From assembly GCA_040755855.1 (NCBI GenBank), contig JBFMAD010000006.1, positions 154,437 through 218,436 of the forward strand: a stretch of 64,000 nucleotides of DNA, given 5' to 3'. Both the position numbers and the translations under genes were made by a program. Positions 1-8,980 of the stretch are shown one piece after another. This DNA is from Planctomycetota bacterium. GTDB taxonomy: Bacteria > Planctomycetota > Brocadiia > JAADGH01. Within the stretch, counting starts at the first letter, position 1. Every line of letters starts with the position of its first letter. The notes below the pieces were generated by a model. That model ran no database searches. It was not told the DNA's origin and saw nothing but the letters and a program-made list of their open reading frames with translations.

Positions 1-414
1 GGCCTTGACCAATTCGGCCACCTTGCCCCAGTGCGCATCGAAGCGGCGGACAAAGCCGATCATGAAGGTGACCTTGGCCTTCTTGCATGCCTGGATCATC
101 TCCTTTGCATCTTGGGAGGTCATCGCAATCGGCTTCTCGCAGAAGATGTGCTTCCCCGCCTGGGCCGCAGCGACCACGGCGTCGCGGTGCAGAAAGGTGG
201 GTAGGCAGACGAAGACCGCGTCAACGTCCTTGTCGTCGAGCAACGCCCGGTAGTCGCCGCCATGTTTCGCAGCGCCGTATTCCTGGGCCATTTTTTCCGC
301 GGCGGCCGCGTTCACGTCGGCGCAGTGGACGATCTGCGCGTTCTCGATCTGTTTCAGTCTCTTGGCATGATGATTCGAGATACCGCCACAACCGATCATT
401 CCGATGCGAAGCAT
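1..414 (-). CDS. Gfo/Idh/MocA family oxidoreductase (3' end runs off the window)
   Basis: Manual translation from ATG 414: MLRIGMIGCGGISNHH...DVDAVFVCLPTFLH...AGKHIFCEKPIAM (Rossmann GxGxxS, EKP motif); absent from ORF track because truncated. Confidence 0.9.
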   Translation of the reverse strand, partial: MLRIGMIGCGGISNHHAKRLKQIENAQIVHCADVNAAAAEKMAQEYGAAKHGGDYRALLDDKDVDAVFVCLPTFLHRDAVVAAAQAGKHIFCEKPIAMTSQDAKEMIQACKKAKVTFMIGFVRRFDAHWGKVAELVKA

Positions 415-444
415 CTCAATTCTCCAATCGAACAGGACGTGTTG

Positions 445-1458
445 TCAAATCTCCCGATCCACAGCCGGCGCCAGCCGCCGGAGGTCGGCCATTAGTTTCT
501 GAAACTCCCCGATGGACAACGTCTGCGCCCCGTCCACCCACGCCTCTTCGGGGCGGGGATGGACCTCGATAATCACGCCGTCGGCCCCGGCGGCGATGGC
601 GGCCTTGGCCATGGGCGGCACGAGACTGCGCTTGCCCGTAGCATGGCTTGGGTCCACGATGACGGGCAGGTGGGTCAGCTCCTTGAGCTGGGGGACCACC
701 GTGAGCGACAGGGTGAACCGCGTGTTTGTCTCGAAGGTCCGTATGCCGCGCTCACAGAGTATCACATTCGGGTTGCCCTGGGAAAGGATATATTCGGCGG
801 CGAGAAGAAATTCCTCAAGTTGGGCGGACATGCTTCGCTTGAGGAGGACCGGCTTGTCGGACTCGCCGACGGCCTTGAGGAGCAGGAAGTTGGACATGTT
901 CCTCGTGCCGATCTGGAGGACGTCCACGTACTTCGAGACGAGGGGGACGTGTTCGGCCGTCAGCACCTCCGACACGATTGGCAGGCCGGTCTCTTCCCTT
1001 GCCATGGCGAGGTATTCCAGTCCCTCTTCCATAAGTCCCTGGAAGCTGTAGGGGTTGGTCCTGGGTTTGAAGGCGCCGCCGCGCAGCGCGAGCGCCCCGG
1101 CCTCCTTGACGGCATGGGCGGTTTCGAGAATTTGTTCTTTGGATTCGACGGTGCACGGCCCGGCGATGATGCCCACCTTTCTTCCGCCCAGGACCTGTCC
1201 GTCTATGGGGACGGTCGTGGTGGCGGCCTTTAGCTCGCGGCTGGCCATCTTGTAGGGGGCAAGGATGGGCACGGTGCGCTCGACGCCGGGTTCGCGGTCC
1301 CAGAACTCGGGCGGTATCTCGCGTTTATCGCCGATAGCGGCGATTACGTTTCGATTGGTTCCCTCAAGGAGGATGGTCTTGAGGCCCTTGTCTTCGATTT
1401 TTTTTATCATGGCTTGTATCTGTTCCTTGGTTGCATCAGGTTTCATCACTATAATCAT
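445..1458 (-). CDS. aroF: DAHP synthase, type I-beta, with N-terminal regulatory domain
   Basis: MIIVMKP start, IAGPCTVES, RGGAFKPRT, CERGIRTFE, DPSHATG motifs; GAGGAGG RBS. Confidence 0.95.
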   Translation of the reverse strand: MIIVMKPDATKEQIQAMIKKIEDKGLKTILLEGTNRNVIAAIGDKREIPPEFWDREPGVERTVPILAPYKMASRELKAATTTVPIDGQVLGGRKVGIIAGPCTVESKEQILETAHAVKEAGALALRGGAFKPRTNPYSFQGLMEEGLEYLAMAREETGLPIVSEVLTAEHVPLVSKYVDVLQIGTRNMSNFLLLKAVGESDKPVLLKRSMSAQLEEFLLAAEYILSQGNPNVILCERGIRTFETNTRFTLSLTVVPQLKELTHLPVIVDPSHATGKRSLVPPMAKAAIAAGADGVIIEVHPRPEEAWVDGAQTLSIGEFQKLMADLRRLAPAVDREI

Positions 1459-1517
1459 GATTTCATCCCTCCTCGGCGCGCCCAGCGCCAAAACGAGTAA
1501 TATCCAAATCCAAACAT
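1455..1517 (-). CDS. Putative aromatic-rich leader peptide 2 (MFGFGYYSFWRWARRGGMKS)
   Basis: AAAGGAG RBS, ATG 1517; 7 of first 12 codons F/Y/W; TGA overlaps the aroF ATG (ATGA). Confidence 0.7.
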   Translation of the reverse strand: MFGFGYYSFWRWARRGGMKS

Positions 1518-1544
1518 GCCTTTTCTCCTTTCAGCCGGAGTCAT

Positions 1545-1579
1545 AAAAAAAGCCCTGAAACCGAGGCTTCAGGGCTTTT
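1545..1579 (-). terminator. Intrinsic terminator/attenuator in aroF leader
   Basis: AGCCCTGAA-loop-TTCAGGGCT stem followed by a T run on minus strand. Confidence 0.85.
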
Positions 1580-1612
1580 CGTCAGGTCGTGTTAGGGGTC
1601 TTGGGACAGTCC

Positions 1613-1690
1613 TTAGGCCGCGGCTCCTCTCTGCTCAAAGGGAGCAAAATAAAAACGGCCAAACCAAAAACGTCCTGTCCTGCAAATCAT
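1613..1690 (-). CDS. Putative aromatic-rich leader peptide 1 (MICRTGRFWFGRFYFAPFEQRGAAA)
   Basis: FWF and FYF clusters; stop about 33 nt before the terminator stem; downstream of a consensus promoter. Confidence 0.7.
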   Translation of the reverse strand: MICRTGRFWFGRFYFAPFEQRGAAA

Positions 1691-1732
1691 TGAATCACAT
1701 CGAACAATTGACCCGGTAGCATCCATAATCAA

Positions 1733-1761
1733 AATGTATCCGCGCATTGAGTATTTGTCAA
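1733..1761 (-). promoter_or_regulatory. Sigma70-type promoter of aroF leader
   Basis: TTGACA-N17-TACATT. Confidence 0.7.
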
Positions 1762-1784
1762 GAAAAATCCTGCGAAGTTTTTGG

Positions 1785-2699
1785 TCATATGCTGGATGGC
1801 AGGGGCTTGCCGTACTTGAGGAGCAGCAGGAGCCACTGGATATAGTTTTCAAAGTCCCGGCGGGTCGGGAATGTGGCATTTTCCCAGAATCCGGCCGGTC
1901 CGTCGAAGGCGAGTGTTTTCACGCCCTCGCTCTTCGGGGTGTCGGCGGAAAATTGAAAAATTTGACGCGCGATGTGGCAGAGGTGGGCCTCCGTCAGCGG
2001 TTCGGAGCGACCACTCGGCGATTGCGTATCGGGCCGATCTTCGTCAATGCGGATTCGCTCGTGCGGATCTCGCAGGATAATGTCAATGACATACTTGTAG
2101 TCCCGCCGGGTCTGGATTTTATCCATGCTATAGAGGAAGCCGACTTTTTCGCGGACGGTACTGCTCAACTCGCCGGAGAGTCGCCCGCAGGAGACGAGAT
2201 GGACGTCCTCCCAGCCGCGCTTGATGCTTTTCCAGCCGTCAGGTAGGTTGATCTCGCAGGCCAGGCCCTCCTCATTGAACCTCCCCGAACCGAACCGCCC
2301 GGCCTCCGGGAGTTCGGGGATGGCGTCGTCGGAAACGATGAAGAAATCCACGCCAAGTTCTGCAAGTTTAGATGCAAGATTCCGGGCGACATCGGCGTCA
2401 ATGCCGCGAACGAGAAAACCTTCAGTAGCGTTGATCTGTCGGGTGACATCGCTGAGCGGCCGCTTGGCGGTACGGGCGATCGCCCTGCCGACGGGGGCGA
2501 TGGCCATGGGGGCGAGAGAGGAACGCAAGATGCTGCACGCCCCGGACAGGGACTCAATGGCGGGTGGTTTTTCGGGGGGGTGAGCGGGGAGTCTCTTACG
2601 GCCAAGGGGAATGGGCATCCCGCAGAAGGCGCAGAACCTGGCCCCTTCAGGGATACCGCGAAAACAGTTGGGGCATTGAGGCGTGGCGCCAGGGGTCAT
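1785..2699 (-). CDS. Zinc-ribbon domain hypothetical protein
   Basis: N-terminal CPNC...FCAFCG ribbon; rest unrecognised. Confidence 0.7.
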   Translation of the reverse strand: MTPGATPQCPNCFRGIPEGARFCAFCGMPIPLGRKRLPAHPPEKPPAIESLSGACSILRSSLAPMAIAPVGRAIARTAKRPLSDVTRQINATEGFLVRGIDADVARNLASKLAELGVDFFIVSDDAIPELPEAGRFGSGRFNEEGLACEINLPDGWKSIKRGWEDVHLVSCGRLSGELSSTVREKVGFLYSMDKIQTRRDYKYVIDIILRDPHERIRIDEDRPDTQSPSGRSEPLTEAHLCHIARQIFQFSADTPKSEGVKTLAFDGPAGFWENATFPTRRDFENYIQWLLLLLKYGKPLPSSI

Positions 2700-2730
2700 T
2701 TCATTTCACGATCAGCAACCAGCCGAATGC

Positions 2731-3051
2731 TTACTCGGCCCCTTCCGGAGAGGCGACCCGATCGCGCATGAGGCGGCCCATCTTGAAGTTGACGACTCGC
2801 TTCGCGGGCACTTCCACTCGCGCCCCGGTTCGCGGATTTCGTCCGACGCGGCGCTTTCGCTGGACCACATCGAACACGCCGAAGTCACGGAACTCCAGCT
2901 TGTTGCCGCGCGCCAGCTCTTCGATAAGCTCGTCGAGGAACAACTGAATGATCCGCTTGGCCACAAGTTGTGTTTGCTTCGCCTTTCTGGCGACACGCTC
3001 AGCGATCTCGCGCTTCGATATGGTCCGTTTTCCTTCCGCTGCCATTACCAC
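2731..3051 (-). CDS. HU/IHF family DNA-binding protein
   Basis: LEFRDFGVF, GRNPRTG, VVNFKMG motifs; start could be 3045. Confidence 0.92.
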   Translation of the reverse strand: MVMAAEGKRTISKREIAERVARKAKQTQLVAKRIIQLFLDELIEELARGNKLEFRDFGVFDVVQRKRRVGRNPRTGARVEVPAKRVVNFKMGRLMRDRVASPEGAE

Positions 3052-3114
3052 CCTCCCGTTGAAGGTTCACAAACGAATTTATTGAAGTTACAACTTCCGC
3101 TGATGCCGTAAGTG

Positions 3115-3143
3115 ATTCTAAAACATGGAATTCTAACTGTCAA
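3115..3143 (-). promoter_or_regulatory. Sigma70-type promoter of HU/IHF gene
   Basis: TTGACA-N17-TAGAAT. Confidence 0.65.
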
Positions 3144-3181
3144 GAGAAAAGTGGATAGAAATTAGAAAGTTGTTTCTTGCG

Positions 3182-3532
3182 CTACAGCTTGCACCGATCG
3201 GGAGATGGGATCAGACAAAGCATTTCAACCGGCTTCTCGCCGGCATTCCGAAACTGATGCAGTTCTCCAGGCGGCACAAATATGAAGTCGCCGGCCCTAA
3301 ACGCCTTGTCGCCCTCGATACTCGTCAAGAGCCCTTCGCCGCTGAGGATAAAGACCTCATGTTCCCAGGCGTGTTCGTGCTGGGGCGTATGCCCGCCGGG
3401 TGCAATCTCGAAATGGCGCATAACAAATTTTTGCGCCCCTGATTTTTCCGTGATCAGCCAACGAATTTTGACGCCTTGCGCGCCTTCCTCGACCGATTCC
3501 GCCTGCACTTCGGTGTAGTGACGAATCTCCAT
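3182..3532 (-). CDS. Cupin domain protein
   Basis: MRHFEIAPGGHTPQHEHAWEHEVFILSGEG...PGELHQFRN; start at MEIRHY after GAGGAG. Confidence 0.9.
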   Translation of the reverse strand: MEIRHYTEVQAESVEEGAQGVKIRWLITEKSGAQKFVMRHFEIAPGGHTPQHEHAWEHEVFILSGEGLLTSIEGDKAFRAGDFIFVPPGELHQFRNAGEKPVEMLCLIPSPDRCKL

Positions 3533-3665
3533 CGGACGATCCTCCTCACTCTTTACGGCACACCCCCAAGACACTTGATTTTCTCCTTCAAATGTTATAT
3601 AGTACATTTGGAGGCAGGTCAAGAGAAACGATTCGTTCTGCCGCCCCGGCAAGAAAACAACACGG

Positions 3666-4136
3666 ATGCTCCATCCCGCGCGAAGGAAGAAGGAAAAACT
3701 CGTATTCCGGCTGACCGAGGAGTCTCGCCCGCGTCTCCCCGATGATCCTTTGCCCGTGAAGGACACGTCTTCCTTTCCGGCGGACGAACTCGAGTTCGAG
3801 GTTGCTTTTCTCGAAGGCATCCTCGATGCGGACCCATACCACGAAGATGCCCTGGCCTTTCTCGGCCATGCTTACACCCGTCTCGGTCGTTACGAGGACG
3901 GATTGCGGATGGACGAGCGAATCGTCCGCATGTCCCCCAACAACTCCGCCGCCCTCTATAACCTGGCGTGCAGCTACTCCTTGCTCCATCGCATTGACGA
4001 TGCGCTCAATGCCCTTGAGCGCGCAGTGGAGAACGGCTATTCGGACCTGACTCACATGCTCGGCGATGAGGACCTGGTAAATGTGCGCAACGATCCCCGC
4101 TTCGCCAATATCCTTCATCGCATCCAGGTAAAGTAG
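3666..4136 (+). CDS. TPR-containing protein
   Basis: ALAFLGHAY, LYNLACSYSLL, DEDL..VRNDPRF TPR-type motifs; start uncertain. Confidence 0.8.
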   Translation: MLHPARRKKEKLVFRLTEESRPRLPDDPLPVKDTSSFPADELEFEVAFLEGILDADPYHEDALAFLGHAYTRLGRYEDGLRMDERIVRMSPNNSAALYNLACSYSLLHRIDDALNALERAVENGYSDLTHMLGDEDLVNVRNDPRFANILHRIQVK

Positions 4137-4892
4137 TCATCCCTCGCCCTTCCCTTCCTCCCGCCATGCCGACCATGCGATGTGAATTCCATGCAGGGCA
4201 AGATGCGGCATCACCACATGCCCCTTCGGCAGATGAGGAGAGAAAAGGTCGGCGTCGCCGCCGGTGACCAGGAGTTGCGCCTCCGATCGAAGTCGCTTCC
4301 GCATCCGCGCCGCAATTTTCTCAATCGCCCCACATATGCCCCAATATACACCTGACCTTATGGCCTCCTCTGTTTGTTTTCCTATGACGCGTGAGGACCG
4401 CTTCAACCCTACGGCAGGGAGTTTTGCCGTGCGCTCGTGAAGCGCGGCGGTCCATAACCCCGCCCCGGGAAGAATGGCGCCGCCAAGGAAGTCGCCCCGC
4501 GCCGACACGGCGTCAATCGTAATGGCCGTGCCCAAGTCGGCCACGATGACCGGACAACAGACAAGGCGGCATGCGGCAAGGGCGTTCAGGAGCCGGTCCA
4601 CCCCCACCCGTTCAGGACGGCGGCATCGGTTGCGAACGGGAACTGCAAGGTCCGAACCGAGTTCCAGGACATCAAGACCATAGCGTTTCCGGAGGGACTG
4701 ACTGACATGGAGGGACGCCTTCGGGTTTACCGACCCTATCACAATGGCGCCGGGGGCGGGCCACGACGGCGTCAAGCGGCGCGCGTCGGCGCGCCGGCGC
4801 ACGGCAGCTACAAGCTGCCCGCCGTCAAAAAGGCCGAAGGAGACATTGGTATTGCCGATACTTACAGCAAGGAGTCGTTCGCGACTACTCAT
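4137..4892 (-). CDS. coaX: Type III pantothenate kinase
   Basis: IGNTN, VGVDR, DLGTAITID, FLGGAILPG motifs. Confidence 0.92.
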   Translation of the reverse strand: MSSRERLLAVSIGNTNVSFGLFDGGQLVAAVRRRADARRLTPSWPAPGAIVIGSVNPKASLHVSQSLRKRYGLDVLELGSDLAVPVRNRCRRPERVGVDRLLNALAACRLVCCPVIVADLGTAITIDAVSARGDFLGGAILPGAGLWTAALHERTAKLPAVGLKRSSRVIGKQTEEAIRSGVYWGICGAIEKIAARMRKRLRSEAQLLVTGGDADLFSPHLPKGHVVMPHLALHGIHIAWSAWREEGKGEG

Positions 4893-5895
4893 GTTCCGCC
4901 TCCGAATCCAATCCCCGGAGTTGATGGAGTATGGTGCGCACCAGATCGGGAAGCCCTTGCCCGGTCACCGCGGAGATTGCGTGCACTTCGGCGCCTACCT
5001 GCCGCGTGAACTCATCCAGATTTTCGGCGGCGCCGCTCAGGTCCATCTTATTCGCGACGATCATCTGCGGCTTCGCGGCGAGCGCGACGCTGTATTGGCG
5101 CAATTCATCCCGGACGGACTGGTAGGCTGCGAAGGAGGTCGGCCCGTGAGTCGGAGCAATATCTACCAGGTGGAGCAAGAACCGCGTTCGTTCGATGTGC
5201 CGCAGAAACTCGCTCCCCAAACCGGCGCCTTCGTGCGCCCCCTCAATGAGGCCGGGGATATCGGCCATGACGAAACGCTCGAAATCGCCGGCCTCCACAA
5301 TCCCCAACTGAGGCTCGAGGGTGGTGAAGGGGTAGCTGGCGATTTTCGGTCTTGCGGAGGAAAGCCGGGCCAGAAGGGTGGACTTTCCCGCGTTCGGGAG
5401 GCCGATGATCCCCACGTCGGCGATGAGTTTAAGGTCGAGTCGGATGCGCCGTTCCTCGCCCTCTTCGCCGGGTTCGGCGGTTCGGGGGGCGCGGTTGATG
5501 GATGTGGCGAATCGAGCGTTGCCCTTTCCCCCTTTCCCGCCCCTTGCGGCGATGATGGATAATCCCTCCTTGGCGAGGTCCCGAAGCGTCCTGCCGCTGT
5601 CAAGGTCCATGACGAGAGTACCGACGGGCACGAGGATAGTCACGTCCTCGCCTGACTTGCCGGTTCGGGTTTTTCCCGCGCCGGGTCGGCCATCGCCGCC
5701 GGCATACTCTCGCCGGGAGGAGAGGTCCATGAGCGTGCCGAGTTGGGGAGTGGCCTTGATGATGACGTCGCCGCCGCGCCCCCCGTCGCCGCCGTCCGGC
5801 CCGCCGCGTGGTACATACTTTTCTCTTCGGAAGCTGACGCAGCCGTCGCCTCCTTTTCCGCCCCTGACGATGATCTCGGCGCGATCAACAAACAT
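4885..5895 (-). CDS. obgE: GTPase ObgE/CgtA
   Basis: MFVDRA, Gly-rich Obg fold, GLPNAGKST, YPFTT, DIPG, NKMD. Confidence 0.97.
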   Translation of the reverse strand: MFVDRAEIIVRGGKGGDGCVSFRREKYVPRGGPDGGDGGRGGDVIIKATPQLGTLMDLSSRREYAGGDGRPGAGKTRTGKSGEDVTILVPVGTLVMDLDSGRTLRDLAKEGLSIIAARGGKGGKGNARFATSINRAPRTAEPGEEGEERRIRLDLKLIADVGIIGLPNAGKSTLLARLSSARPKIASYPFTTLEPQLGIVEAGDFERFVMADIPGLIEGAHEGAGLGSEFLRHIERTRFLLHLVDIAPTHGPTSFAAYQSVRDELRQYSVALAAKPQMIVANKMDLSGAAENLDEFTRQVGAEVHAISAVTGQGLPDLVRTILHQLRGLDSEAEHE

Positions 5896-5917
5896 GGAAC
5901 AGCCGTTGCACCATGGC

Positions 5918-5945
5918 AAAGAAAAGGGAGCGGCCGGCCGCTCCC
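5918..5945 (-). terminator. Intrinsic terminator between rpmA and obgE
   Basis: GGGAGCGGCC/GGCCGCTCCC palindrome then TTTTCTTT. Confidence 0.65.
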
Positions 5946-5980
5946 TGGGAATTATCCCGTGCTTGTGCGATGGCGTTTCG

Positions 5981-6223
5981 CTATTCGGGATAGACGCTCA
6001 ACCGCTTGCCCGACTCGAACTTGACAACGCCGGTGGTGAGGGCAAATAGTGTGTCGTCCCCCCCCCGCCCGACGTTGACCCCCGGTTTGAAGCGGGTGCC
6101 GCGCTGACGGACGAGGATCGAACCAGCTTTTACCCTCTCGCCGCCGAACCTCTTAACGCCGCGATATTGCGCGTTACTGTCGCGCCCGTTTTTAACGGAT
6201 CCTTGTCCTTTTTTATGTGCCAT
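5981..6223 (-). CDS. rpmA: 50S ribosomal protein L27
   Basis: [17 protein letters not shown]...ILVRQRGT. Confidence 0.97.
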   Translation of the reverse strand: MAHKKGQGSVKNGRDSNAQYRGVKRFGGERVKAGSILVRQRGTRFKPGVNVGRGGDDTLFALTTGVVKFESGKRLSVYPE

Positions 6224-6224
6224 C

Positions 6225-6608
6225 TCAGTCTCCTTTCTTCTCGTCCTGTGGCTGCGCACCCGACTCCCCGCCGCCGCGCTCGATTCTCTGAACCCATACT
6301 TCCACGTAACGCTGGCGATGCCCGACTTTGCGCCGCTCCTTCTTGCGGCGGGCGAATTTATAGATCGTGAGTTTCGGGCCAAGGCATTCGCCCTCAAGCC
6401 GGGCGATGACCTTTGCGCCGGGAACGTAGGGCTGACCGAACTGGATGTCCTTTCCTTCGCCCACGGCGAGCACATTGCTGAAGGTTACATGGCTGCCGGG
6501 CTTGCGCTCGCCCCGCTTCGACTCCGGCAGTCCCAAAACGCGCAGCCGGTCGCCTTCGACGACGCGATGCTGCTGGCCAGCGATCTCGACAATTGCATAC
6601 ATTTCCAT
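6225..6608 (-). CDS. rplU: 50S ribosomal protein L21
   Basis: [14 protein letters not shown]...GHRQ; upstream of rpmA; start may be 6602. Confidence 0.93.
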   Translation of the reverse strand: MEMYAIVEIAGQQHRVVEGDRLRVLGLPESKRGERKPGSHVTFSNVLAVGEGKDIQFGQPYVPGAKVIARLEGECLGPKLTIYKFARRKKERRKVGHRQRYVEVWVQRIERGGGESGAQPQDEKKGD

Positions 6609-6614
6609 AGACTC

Positions 6615-8174
6615 CTATTTTCGACTTCCCGCGATTTCGTACGACGGCAGCGAATCCTCTTGAGCGCTTTCCCTGCCGTTGCCCTTGATCGCCATGACCT
6701 CCGCCTGCTCGACGGAGAATCCTTCCCGAGCATTGATAATAATGCGCTTTTCGGACTCCTCTTCAAGGCGAACGATATCCCGGCGCTTTTCGTTGTGCAG
6801 GTAGTGCGCCACTTCAGGGTTTACGGTGGCCTCCACTCCCCGCGAGCTGTTCTCCCCAAGTTTCAATCGTATCTGTCGCATGACATTCACCGCCATGCTC
6901 TCCGGCGTCCTAAGCATGCCCACGCCGTTGCAGAAGGGGCATTTTTCGTAAAGCGACTGCTTCACGCTGGGGCGGACGCGCTGGCGTGTCATCTCGATGA
7001 TGCCGAACTGGGACATCCGCAGCATTTTAGTCCGCGCCCGGTCCTGCTTCAGCAGCGCGCCGAATGCCCTTTCGACCTCGCGTCGTCGCCCGACGTCGCG
7101 CATGTCTATAAAGTCAATTACGATCACGCCGCCGAGGTCCCGAAGGCGAAGCTGTCGGGCGATTTCCGGCACGGCAGCCATGTTGGTCTTGAAGGCCGTA
7201 TCTTCGGCGTCTTTTTCTCCGGTAAACTTGCCGGAGTTGACGTCAATGGCCACAAGCGCCTCCGTCTGGTCAATTACGATCGAGGCCCCGATATCAAGCG
7301 ACACCTTGCGGCTATACGTTTTTTCGACTTGCTCCTCGATTTTGTAGCGGTGGAACAGGGGCTCGCTTCCTTCGTAGAGCTTGACGTTGATTGTGTGTCT
7401 TGGCATCGCCCGCCGGAGGAAATCGAGCACTCGGCGGTGCGCCTCGCTCGAGTCAATCAGCATCGTCTTGACGTCCGCCGGGAGAAGGTCGCGGATTGCG
7501 CGAATGACGAGGTCGCTCTCACGGTAGATCACGGCCGGCGTATTGGCCCTTTTCGCCTTTTTCGAGAGGTCCGACCAAAGCTGTCGGAGGTAATGGAGGT
7601 CGCGCTGGAGGTCCTTCTTCGGGCGGTCCGCTCCGGCCGTGCGGACGATGAAGCCCGCATCGGAGGGCAACCGAAGTTCCCCGAGGGTTTTTTTCAGTCG
7701 TTGCCTCTGCTCCTCATCGGTGATCTTGCGCGAGATGCCGTGGTGCTTCCCATCCGGCATCATGACCAGATATCGCCCCGGCAGACTGATAAAGGTCGTC
7801 AGGGCCGGTCCTTTGGTTCCCACGCCTTCTTTCGTCACCTGCACGATCAGATCTTGCCCCCGTCGGAGAACGTCCTGTATGGCCGGAAGATCCCTCCCCC
7901 CCCTGCGGCCTTTGTCTTCCTTCTTGCCGTTGTCCAAGAATGAGGATGGGGCAACATCTGAAATGTGGAGAAACCCATTCCGGGGGGTGCCAAAATCAAC
8001 AAAGGCGGCCTGGAGGCTCGGCTCCACGTTTGTAATCTTTCCTTTATAGATGTTGCCTACGATCTGCCCGCGGGAGCTCCGCTCGATGTAGAACTCTTCG
8101 AGGACGTCGTTCTCGAGGATCGCGATGCGCGTCTCTTCGAGCTCGACAACATTGACGAGCATGATTTTCTTCAT
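6615..8174 (-). CDS. Rne/Rng family ribonuclease
   Basis: [43 protein letters not shown]. Confidence 0.95.
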   Translation of the reverse strand: MKKIMLVNVVELEETRIAILENDVLEEFYIERSSRGQIVGNIYKGKITNVEPSLQAAFVDFGTPRNGFLHISDVAPSSFLDNGKKEDKGRRGGRDLPAIQDVLRRGQDLIVQVTKEGVGTKGPALTTFISLPGRYLVMMPDGKHHGISRKITDEEQRQRLKKTLGELRLPSDAGFIVRTAGADRPKKDLQRDLHYLRQLWSDLSKKAKRANTPAVIYRESDLVIRAIRDLLPADVKTMLIDSSEAHRRVLDFLRRAMPRHTINVKLYEGSEPLFHRYKIEEQVEKTYSRKVSLDIGASIVIDQTEALVAIDVNSGKFTGEKDAEDTAFKTNMAAVPEIARQLRLRDLGGVIVIDFIDMRDVGRRREVERAFGALLKQDRARTKMLRMSQFGIIEMTRQRVRPSVKQSLYEKCPFCNGVGMLRTPESMAVNVMRQIRLKLGENSSRGVEATVNPEVAHYLHNEKRRDIVRLEEESEKRIIINAREGFSVEQAEVMAIKGNGRESAQEDSLPSYEIAGSRK

Positions 8175-8214
8175 TCTGTATCTCGCCTCGATCGCCGAAG
8201 CCGTGCCTGTGGAG

Positions 8215-8889
8215 TCATTGCCCCATTCGCCGTTTTGCAAGTTCGGCATCGTCAATGAGGGTCACCTGACTCCGGACAACCCGGCGGTGGATTGCAGATT
8301 CGGCTTGGCCCCCAAGCAGGGCATATAGCAATTCATCAACGCGCGCTGTTCCTTCACGCATCACTTTCAGTCGAATACTTATTATACCACCTTTGAAGCC
8401 GAGATCAAGGAGAAAAGGCCGAAGATCCACAAGGCGCGTCGCGTCTTTCTTCTTGCGTTCCACAATGATTTCCGGCTGGGCGAGGATTTTTTCGATACGC
8501 TGGTTCCAGAAGGTTTCGCCTTCCGGGGCGTCTATCTCGTAGACTATATCGCTGACCATTGATTTGGCGCGCGGGGGGATGATCTTTGCCGAGACGATCT
8601 CCATCCCCTCCGGCATGCGGGCCGCCAGCCGTTTTCGGACTTCCTCTGCGGAAAGCCACTCGGCCAGCTCGAGCTCCGCCACCTCGCTTTGTCCCTCGAC
8701 CCCCAGGCCCAGAGCGAGGGGAAAGGAGATGCGGGGATGCGGGTTGAAGCCGCTCGTCATGCGGATGGGGATTTCGGCCATGCGCACCGCTCGCTCAAAC
8801 AAGCGCATGATGTCGTGGTGCGAAAAGAACCGGGCGGGGCCGGCCTTTCGGAAGCGAAGTCGAATTCTTTGGGTGAGCGGCGTTACCAT
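8215..8889 (-). CDS. TIGR03936/DUF2344-type radical SAM-associated protein
   Basis: RFFSHHDIMR..ERA, SGFNPHPRISF..ALGLGVEG; usual position upstream of rng. Confidence 0.85.
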   Translation of the reverse strand: MVTPLTQRIRLRFRKAGPARFFSHHDIMRLFERAVRMAEIPIRMTSGFNPHPRISFPLALGLGVEGQSEVAELELAEWLSAEEVRKRLAARMPEGMEIVSAKIIPPRAKSMVSDIVYEIDAPEGETFWNQRIEKILAQPEIIVERKKKDATRLVDLRPFLLDLGFKGGIISIRLKVMREGTARVDELLYALLGGQAESAIHRRVVRSQVTLIDDAELAKRRMGQ

Positions 8890-8980
8890 AGCAACGACAA
8901 GGATACTCCGAGTCCGCACGGCGAAGGTCACGAGGGCGCTCCCCCCATAGCTGCGCCGGAAGAGGGCGAGCAACCTGCGG

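Noticed and set aside
5981..6608. Prp/YsxB-type L27 processing system
   Set aside because: L27 begins directly at MAHKK and no gene lies between rplU and rpmA.
6318..7943. Long plus-strand ORF (541 aa), and similar ones at 14976-16295, 34497-35549, 44351-46108, 47115-48770 and 52159-54507 (minus)
   Set aside because: Antisense shadows of well-supported genes in high-GC DNA; no recognisable motifs.
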